A stretch of 14,411 nt of DNA from an uncultured bacterium (GTDB lineage: Bacteria; CSSED10-310; CAZUFC01), in NCBI GenBank assembly GCA_964619725.1, contig CAZUFC010000177.1, positions 1 through 14,411 of the forward strand. Reading direction: 5' to 3'. Numbering within the stretch: the stretch's first letter is position 1; each line of letters starts with the position of its first letter. Made by a program: the position numbers and the translations under genes. Shown here one piece after another: positions 8,348 through 14,411 of the stretch. The notes beneath the pieces were generated by a model that was not told where the DNA came from, searched no databases, and saw nothing but the letters and a program-made list of their open reading frames with translations.

Positions 8348-8589
8348 AAATGCGCAGGGCATCGAGCTAATCCGATAGGGATATGGAGGTTCGCAACAGG
8401 TTTTGTATGAGAACTCGGGGCTAAGGCCGTTGTTGGACTAGGCGCATTTTTTCATTTTAATTTTCTGCTTGCGGATTATTGCATTTTTCTTTTTTTAATT
8501 CTTCATTTGTCGATCAGGATAAAGCGAAGCTTACGGTCTAATGATTTTGAGGTACATCCGATTATCATCCGTGTGATTGCGGCGACGAG

Positions 8590-8618
8590 GTGCATCAAGG
8601 CGGAAATTTTGTTATAGT
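8590..8618 (+). promoter_or_regulatory. Putative extended -10 promoter for the CNNM/CBS gene
   Basis: TG-T-TATAGT at 8610-8618; weak -35 (GTGCAT at 8590-8595, 17-nt spacer). Confidence 0.4.
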
Positions 8619-8738
8619 ATTGCGTTGCGGGTGAATATCGGATCGGAAAGGGGACAAGGGGCGACATCGGTTGACGTATCCGTTCGAGGATTTTCAAATA
8701 AAGCAGTTCCCATTGCTGGGAGCGGGAAGAGACGGATT

Positions 8739-10040
8739 ATGATATACTTTGAGATACTTGCGATTGTATTGCTTACTTTGATGAACGGCTGGCTGGCGAT
8801 GTCTGAACTTGCGGTGGTATCGTCCAGGAAAAGCCGTCTCGAGCATATGGCTGCCCATGGTCGGCGTGGGGCGCGAGCGGCGTTGCGTCTGATGGAGGAG
8901 CCGAGTCGCTTTTTATCGACGGTTCAGATCGGTATAACGTTTGTGGGCATAGTTGCGGGGGCGTTCAGCGGAGCGACGCTCGGACGCCGTTTGGGCGGAT
9001 GGTTAAATTCCATTGAAGCGACAGCGCCATACGGAGATGCGATTGGAATCGGAATCACCGTCACCTGCATCACTTATCTGACGTTGATATTGGGGGAATT
9101 GGCGCCGAAGCGGATAGCGCTGACCCATCCGGAAAAGATAGCAAGCATCGTCGCCAATCCCATGCGGATGCTGTCGCTGGTCGCCATGCCGCTTGTCCGG
9201 CTGCTGCAGGTTTCTACGGAAGCTGTCGTCCGGCTGATAGGATTGTCGGAAGACGAGAAGACGACGATTACGGAGGAGGAGCTGAAGTCGCTGATCGCCG
9301 AGGGGACTCAGGCGGGGGTTTTCGTTCCGCAGGAGAAGAAACTGATCGAAGGGGTGTTGCGTCTTGAGGATCGGCCGGTCAAGGTTATAATGACGCCCCG
9401 GTCGCAAATAGTATGGATTGACGTCAATGCCGGAAGCCAGGAAATCATCCGCAAGGTGCGGAAGCATCGTTTTTCGAGGATAATCGTTTGCGAAAATATG
9501 GTTGATTATCCCGTGGGAATAGTGCAAACGAAAGATATCCTCCGCGAAGCGCTCGGTAGCCGTGACATAAAAATTTCCAGATTGATGAAACCGCCGCTTT
9601 TCGTTCCTGAGAGTACGCGTGTTCTGAATCTTCTCAATCGATTCAAAAATAAAAAGGTACACATCGCTCTGGTTGTGGATGAATTCGGCGCTCTGGAAGG
9701 TTTGGTGACGCTGACGGACGTGATGGAAGCCATCGCAGGCGAACTGCCGGAACGCGGGGAAGAGGCAGAGCAAAGAATAGTGCGGCGCGGCGAACGTTCC
9801 TGGCTGGTCGATGCCACAGTGCCGACGGACGAAGTGGAAATGATCACAGGCATCATCCTGGGCAAGGAAGTGAAAACTATTGCTGAATTCGTTCTGGAGA
9901 AACTGGGGCGAATTCCCAACATCGGAGAAAACTTTATGTTGGAAAACGCGCGTTTCGAGGTTGTGGACATGGACGGCCAACGGATAGACAGGATAATGAT
10001 CGATCTGGAACCGGAAGTCGGAGAAGAAGCTGGGGGATGA
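8739..10040 (+). CDS. HlyC/CorC-family (CNNM/DUF21 + tandem CBS + CorC_HlyC) membrane protein, 'hemolysin family', probable Mg2+/Co2+ transport
   Basis: NGWLAMSELAVVSSRK, FLSTVQIGIT, LILGELAPKRIA, IMTPR, FSRIIV, ALVVDEFG...GLVTLTDVMEAIAGE and FEVVDMDGQRID. Start reassigned to ATG 8739 (Met55 of the track ORF, giving 433 aa) because the family's first TM helix begins there after a purine-rich stretch. Confidence 0.92.
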   Translation: MIYFEILAIVLLTLMNGWLAMSELAVVSSRKSRLEHMAAHGRRGARAALRLMEEPSRFLSTVQIGITFVGIVAGAFSGATLGRRLGGWLNSIEATAPYGDAIGIGITVTCITYLTLILGELAPKRIALTHPEKIASIVANPMRMLSLVAMPLVRLLQVSTEAVVRLIGLSEDEKTTITEEELKSLIAEGTQAGVFVPQEKKLIEGVLRLEDRPVKVIMTPRSQIVWIDVNAGSQEIIRKVRKHRFSRIIVCENMVDYPVGIVQTKDILREALGSRDIKISRLMKPPLFVPESTRVLNLLNRFKNKKVHIALVVDEFGALEGLVTLTDVMEAIAGELPERGEEAEQRIVRRGERSWLVDATVPTDEVEMITGIILGKEVKTIAEFVLEKLGRIPNIGENFMLENARFEVVDMDGQRIDRIMIDLEPEVGEEAGG

Positions 10041-10173
10041 GGCGTTACGGATTATTTTTTTGGGAAAAAGACTAAAAGGACCAAAAGGACGGGGATAGTT
10101 TTTTCTGGATTCTTGGGGGATTTTTCGGCATCGGCGGCTTAACGGTTTGTTTACTCTTTGTTTTGATTTTTTC

Positions 10174-10240
10174 CCGTATTTCTCATGCTGATCTGCAGGA
10201 ATGTTCTGCTTCGCTGCGGGACCGGCATGAGAAATACGGT
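10174..10240. repeat. Long intergenic inverted repeat (hairpin)
   Basis: CCGTATTTCTCATGC (10174-10188) and GCATGAGAAATACGG (10226-10240) are perfect 15-bp complements; the arms extend to 20 bp with two non-Watson-Crick positions. Confidence 0.85.
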
Positions 10241-10241
10241 T

Positions 10242-10266
10242 GAGCTTTGTTTATAGCTCAGCTTTT
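10242..10266. terminator. Possible small terminator hairpin next to the stop of the DUF3857 operon
   Basis: TGAGCT-ttgtttat-AGCTCA followed by gctttt on the + strand, between convergent genes. Confidence 0.35.
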
Positions 10267-12157
10267 ACTTTTTCGCCAGGAACAGCATTCTGTTTTGTTC
10301 TCTGGCATCCTGGACCAGAATTTCTCTTAACTTGTTATATTTGTCAGGGGTTACGAATTTATTTTTGAAGTTCAATGTCTGGGTGAAGAGGGCTTTCGTG
10401 GGTTTTGATTTTTGTTTTTTGTGTTTGTCGTCTTCTTTTTCCGTTTCTTTTTCATCTTTTTTGATTTCGAATTTCTGTTTGAATTCGCCGGCTTCGTTGT
10501 TGATGTTGATTTCTTGCGGGATGAGAGTCAGTTTAAATTCCGGGGGAATTTCCATTTCTATTTTCAGGTTGTGGATAACGGTTCCGGGTAAGCTGTATGT
10601 TGAATTGCGCTCGGTAACTTCGAGGGGTATGCTGAATCCCCCGATGTCGCTGACGGCGCCTGGAAATTTGATGCAGAAGCGGTTGTCTTCGTCTTCGGTG
10701 AGTCTATTCTGTTTGAATTTGGCTTTGAGGGCTGAGTGGTCTGCGGCCAGGTGGCGGAAGCGGCTTTTGTCGGGTTCGGCGCCGGAGACGATTTTTCCTG
10801 TGTAGCTTTTGATCCATTCTTCGAATTTTTCCGGTTCTTCGCCGTAGAGCTGGTAGTAGGGGTTGTATATTCCGCCCAGGGCGACGTCCAGGTTACCTTC
10901 AGCGGAAGCGTCTTTTTTGATCGTCAGGTTAACTTTTCCGTTGAAGCGGTTTCCTACGGGGTATCCGCAGCCGTCCATCTTTATTTGATTGTTCATGGCT
11001 TTATCTGGAGCAAGCAACACGTGGTCTTCGAGGTGTTCTCTTCTGGCCTTGGCCAGGTCCTGGTCCGGGTTGAAATAGAGGTTGAGCGATCGGACCCATA
11101 CCCAGGGATGAGGGAAGCAGCCCGGATGATAAACTTTGTCGGGCAGGACCGGTGCAGGGCAGGCTAGCGCCGCTTCAGCTTCCTGGTCTATTTGCCTGAT
11201 CAGGCTCGCCAGGACCAGCGCTCTTTCGATTGAAGTTCCGTATCCGCTTTTGTAGACTTCGGCGGCGGAACGAGCCTGCCGGAATGCCTCCAGATTGTCG
11301 AAAGTTACACCGGCTATGGATTCGCATACGTGTTTATGAAGCCGGAAACATTTCAGGATGGGGCAATCAATATCTTTTAACAGTTCATCGACCCGTTTTT
11401 TCATTTCATCGTCGGCGCCCATGGTCTCTTCAGACAATCCTGAAAGCGCTTTGACCTGATCGTTCCACTCAGGCGTTTCCGAATAAATCAACCGGGGCAT
11501 GTCATGTTTGACTAACTCGTGTTCCTCTTCCATGTCCCACAAAGGCAGGTTTTTAAAGGTAAAAACCGTACGGGTTACTCCATCAGCGGTTTCTTCTTTT
11601 TTATCGTATTGATCGCTGCTTAATCCGTCGATTGCCATGGCCGGTTTTCTGTGCTCCGGCGTTTCGAATACTATTTCCCGCTCCATGACGGGAAACATGG
11701 TTCTTATGGGGATGGTCCCTGCGAAGTTTTTCCGCCAGGGCTTATTGTCTTTGATTTCATATTCGACTTCTGCGTAGCCGCCTTTTTCCAGTCCCACCAG
11801 GGAGACAATTCTGTATTGGAAGTCGGAATAGTACGGCGCCATGGAGAGTTCCGGCGGGGTTATCTGATTTATGCCGTATTCCGGCGTTTCCACGATTTTG
11901 CCGTCGTTCATCATGGCTTTGGCGGAGAGAACTTCCACATCCTGATGTTTCTGGTTAAAAAGAATGCTGTAATCGCAGTTTTTATCACGGTCGTACATTG
12001 TCAGCAGCCGTTTCAGCAAATAATGGTAATGATCTATTCTGCCGTCGGGATGAACTTTTATGCGAATCGTTTCCTTGATTGCTGCGGCGTCTGCAGTCGG
12101 AAAATCTTCCGGTTGCGGAACTTTTTCCAGTTCATCAATATATTTCTTTCCTTGCAT
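10265..12157 (-). CDS. DUF3857 / transglutaminase-like domain protein, catalytic Cys replaced (probable pseudo-enzyme)
   Basis: 630 aa. N-terminal DUF3857-like region (VEVLSAK...GKIVE...VSLVGLEKG..EVEYEI). Transglutaminase-like core AAEVYKSGYGTSIERALVLASLIR...FPHPWVWV...YFNP. Co-oriented, 29 nt downstream of its paralogue. Confidence 0.8.
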   Translation of the reverse strand: MQGKKYIDELEKVPQPEDFPTADAAAIKETIRIKVHPDGRIDHYHYLLKRLLTMYDRDKNCDYSILFNQKHQDVEVLSAKAMMNDGKIVETPEYGINQITPPELSMAPYYSDFQYRIVSLVGLEKGGYAEVEYEIKDNKPWRKNFAGTIPIRTMFPVMEREIVFETPEHRKPAMAIDGLSSDQYDKKEETADGVTRTVFTFKNLPLWDMEEEHELVKHDMPRLIYSETPEWNDQVKALSGLSEETMGADDEMKKRVDELLKDIDCPILKCFRLHKHVCESIAGVTFDNLEAFRQARSAAEVYKSGYGTSIERALVLASLIRQIDQEAEAALACPAPVLPDKVYHPGCFPHPWVWVRSLNLYFNPDQDLAKARREHLEDHVLLAPDKAMNNQIKMDGCGYPVGNRFNGKVNLTIKKDASAEGNLDVALGGIYNPYYQLYGEEPEKFEEWIKSYTGKIVSGAEPDKSRFRHLAADHSALKAKFKQNRLTEDEDNRFCIKFPGAVSDIGGFSIPLEVTERNSTYSLPGTVIHNLKIEMEIPPEFKLTLIPQEININNEAGEFKQKFEIKKDEKETEKEDDKHKKQKSKPTKALFTQTLNFKNKFVTPDKYNKLREILVQDAREQNRMLFLAKK

Positions 12158-12186
12158 TGTTATACCCTCGTAATACGGATGAATTC

Positions 12187-14160
12187 CTAATCAATTTTTC
12201 GTAAGGTAAACCAGCGTTCTGCTGTTTCTCTGGCTTTGTCCGTCAATTCTTTGAAGTTTTTATATTCGTCTTTGGTGATGTATCGGACTTTCAAATTGAA
12301 AACGGATTTAAAGGTCAGTCTGCCGTTTTCCTGTTTAAGAGAAGCCTGATAGTCGGCTGACTGCTGTTCGATATCGACGTTCAGTTCTTTGGAGACCAAC
12401 TTGTATCCCCGTGGAATTTCGATTGTTTCTTCGACGTCGACCAGTTGGAGGAAAATCACCAGCAGGTCGAATTTTCGTTCCGGGGTGTCGGCCATGGTGA
12501 GGTACCGGGCTATTATGGGGTTTCTCATGAAGCGCGCCATGGGGATGCGGAACTGTATTTCGCCGTTCTGTTGCACGGCGTATTTATCGGCGCGATAGTC
12601 GATGTCCGTCTGATAGTTGTTCAGCAGATCGTCTGCGTCGCCTGTTTTCAGGTCTGTCATTTCGGCGGCGGGATCGATTTCGGCAACGAGCTTCTGATGG
12701 GTTCTGTCGAATGTGACGCGAGGCCGCCATTCTTTCATGAATCTTTGAGTGGAATCGGAGCGTCCTTTTCCCCAGTAATTCACATGGCCTTTGAGAGCGC
12801 CGTTTTCGTGGAGCCGGGATGTAGCCGTAATTTTCATGAGGCTGTCTTCGGGCTTGAATTCTCTGATTGTGCCTATTTCTTCGCCTTCGGGTGTTCCGAT
12901 CAGGTAATTCTGTTTGGTTTCGGCTGCGTCCCATATATCCATGGAGAAAGGGGCCCAGGTGGGATCAAGCATCTGCCAGGTCCCGTCGGGTTTTTTCCAG
13001 GCAGTGACGCAATGATTGAACTGATCTGCCGGTATTCGTTCCACCGGGTCTAAAGCCTGGGTTTGTGCCGGATACGATTCGTAACCGGCGGCCCGAAGCA
13101 TGGTCACCAGCATGCCCGCCAGGTCCTTGCATACTCCGCCTCGTTCATCAAACGTCATTATCCCGGGATGCAGCGTGTAACCTTCACCTTTGTATATGCT
13201 GAAACCGATATAACGGATTTCCTGGGCTACCCAGTGTAAAAGGGCTGCCGCTTTCTCGTCGTCCGTATCAAAAGGCGCGGTTACTTCATCGACTACTTTT
13301 TTGATCTCTTCATTCCATTCGAATTGATTCACGTTGGCTTTATAGAACCAGCGGGATTTTTCCTTCCAGTTGTGGATGGAGGAAATCAGCAGTTTCGGCA
13401 TCGAAGTTTCGATGCCGGGCATCCTGGCTTCAGGTTTATAACCTTCTATGTCCTTCTTCTCCCAGGAATAGGTATAATATTCATCGTCTATGACGCAGGA
13501 GGCCCTGCAGTCGCCGTGATAGAACTCATAGGAAAGAGGCATGTTCTTCGGAGAAAGAAGGGTATATCGCTTTTCCTTGACGGGGACTTTTTCCCGGAAG
13601 TAAACTATGTCGAAAAAAGCGCCGTACATAGGCGGTTTGATTCCTGTTTCAGGGTCCACCCAGGTTTCCGGATCGAAATCAGCGCTACCCTCAGTTTCTC
13701 CTGCGCTTTTCAGATAAGCTACATTAAAACCCTTCTTGAAAGTTTCAATTTCAATCGAATCGCCCACCTTCAAATGCGGCATCGTGTAAAGTTTCATTTT
13801 GACCCGCCAGAACAACAACCGCTCAGGCTGCATGACGTCACGATAGTCCGACACGTCCAGCTCTTCCGTATGGCCTTCCTTCCGGTGAATGCGAAGCTTG
13901 ATCAAATCGTTGATGTAAGACTTGGGATCGTAATCGAAACGGAGAACGGTGTGCTCAGCCGCTCCTTTTTCGGTCAGTATCTTGACGATCTTGTTGTTGT
14001 AAAGATTCCCCAGACCGCTGACCTCCACATCTCCCCATGAATGATCGTAAACGATGACAGCATCGAATCCCTTGTGGTCATTCGCGCTTCCCGCTCTTTC
14101 AATCAGCTTGCGCTTTTCCTCATCCGTTTTTATGAAATCTTTTTCGCGTGCATCAATCAT
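12187..14160 (-). CDS. DUF3857 and transglutaminase-like domain protein with intact Cys-His-Asp triad
   Basis: 657 aa. KIVKILTEKG and MPHLKVGDSIEIE (DUF3857-like); WVAQEIRY, GVCKDLAGMLVTMLRAAG (C344), FNHCV (H383), LDPT (D399). Confidence 0.9.
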   Translation of the reverse strand: MIDAREKDFIKTDEEKRKLIERAGSANDHKGFDAVIVYDHSWGDVEVSGLGNLYNNKIVKILTEKGAAEHTVLRFDYDPKSYINDLIKLRIHRKEGHTEELDVSDYRDVMQPERLLFWRVKMKLYTMPHLKVGDSIEIETFKKGFNVAYLKSAGETEGSADFDPETWVDPETGIKPPMYGAFFDIVYFREKVPVKEKRYTLLSPKNMPLSYEFYHGDCRASCVIDDEYYTYSWEKKDIEGYKPEARMPGIETSMPKLLISSIHNWKEKSRWFYKANVNQFEWNEEIKKVVDEVTAPFDTDDEKAAALLHWVAQEIRYIGFSIYKGEGYTLHPGIMTFDERGGVCKDLAGMLVTMLRAAGYESYPAQTQALDPVERIPADQFNHCVTAWKKPDGTWQMLDPTWAPFSMDIWDAAETKQNYLIGTPEGEEIGTIREFKPEDSLMKITATSRLHENGALKGHVNYWGKGRSDSTQRFMKEWRPRVTFDRTHQKLVAEIDPAAEMTDLKTGDADDLLNNYQTDIDYRADKYAVQQNGEIQFRIPMARFMRNPIIARYLTMADTPERKFDLLVIFLQLVDVEETIEIPRGYKLVSKELNVDIEQQSADYQASLKQENGRLTFKSVFNLKVRYITKDEYKNFKELTDKARETAERWFTLRKID

Positions 14161-14248
14161 TTTTCATCCATCCATTCGGAAATTCAAATTTATAATTTTT
14201 TGTTGACAAAAACCGAAAAATTCCGCTGAACCGGAATTCCGGGCGCCC

Positions 14249-14276
14249 ATAATATCACTACTTGCCCGCAAGTCAA
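14249..14276 (-). promoter_or_regulatory. Putative sigma70 promoter for the DUF3857 operon, with overlapping palindrome
   Basis: Minus strand reads TTGACT (14276-14271), 16 nt, TATTAT (14254-14249) with TGn extension. Palindrome ACTTGC-cc-GCAAGT at 14260-14273 overlaps the -35 box and spacer. Confidence 0.6.
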
Positions 14277-14411
14277 ATAATTATCCAACGCCTGGTCATA
14301 AACTCGATTCACGGCATTAAACAAAACAAGAGCATTGATCAAAAAAGCGTCTTTTGAGAGCTTTTTCCGCTGTGTGTGGATCCAAGTAAAACCAATTAAA
14401 AATGAAGGTCC

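Noticed and set aside
8577..8738. 54-aa N-terminal extension of the CorC/CNNM ORF in the track
   Set aside because: The extension is not family-like and a putative promoter lies inside it; ATG 8739 matches the family start.
7136..9980. Long antisense ORFs 7136-8011 (291 aa), 9003-9980 (325 aa) and 9506-9970
   Set aside because: They lie entirely opposite well-supported conserved genes and show no recognisable motifs; shadow ORFs.
8739..10040. Interpretation as a true hemolysin or virulence toxin
   Set aside because: The 'hemolysin' label is historical; the CNNM/CBS architecture indicates divalent-cation transport or homeostasis.
10063..10090. Short 9-nt periodic repeat (aaaaagact aaaaggacc aaaaggac)
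   Set aside because: Only about three degenerate copies in low-complexity intergenic DNA; no supportable function.
10137..10246. Integron attC-like site: GCTTAAC (RYYYAAC, 10137-10143) and GTTGAGC (GTTRRRY, 10240-10246) flanking a hairpin
   Set aside because: The strong stem is off-centre relative to the R boxes, L-box spacing is non-canonical, the flanking genes are convergent with their own promoters, and I saw no integrase or second attC.
10332..14229. Plus-strand ORFs opposite the DUF3857 genes
   Set aside because: Antisense shadows with Phe/Val/Ile-biased composition reflecting the Lys/Glu/Asp codons of the real genes.

Overview
Bacterial chromosomal window, probably from an anaerobe (Fe-S flavoenzyme and radical SAM genes), with eight credible CDS and no rRNA, tRNA, CRISPR array, integrase, transposase or reverse transcriptase that I can recognise. 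Left to right: (1) a divergent pair of secreted surface-protein genes, an 827-aa fibre-like protein with 74 uninterrupted Gly-X-Y collagen triplets (- strand) and a 549-aa protein with four IgGFc-binding-like repeats, a PKD domain and an IPTL-CTERM-like membrane anchor (+ strand); (2) a - strand cluster of an Old Yellow Enzyme-family NADH:flavin oxidoreductase, a radical SAM protein and a class I SAM methyltransferase; (3) a CNNM/CBS (HlyC/CorC-family) membrane protein; (4) two tandem DUF3857/transglutaminase-like paralogues without signal peptides, one with an intact Cys-His-Asp triad and one with Ser-His-Asn. The best leads are this enzyme/pseudo-enzyme pair, the secreted collagen/tail-fibre-like architecture, an 11-bp inverted repeat bracketing both surface-protein promoters, and a long intergenic hairpin at 10174-10240. 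All family assignments come from motif recognition by eye, not database searches.
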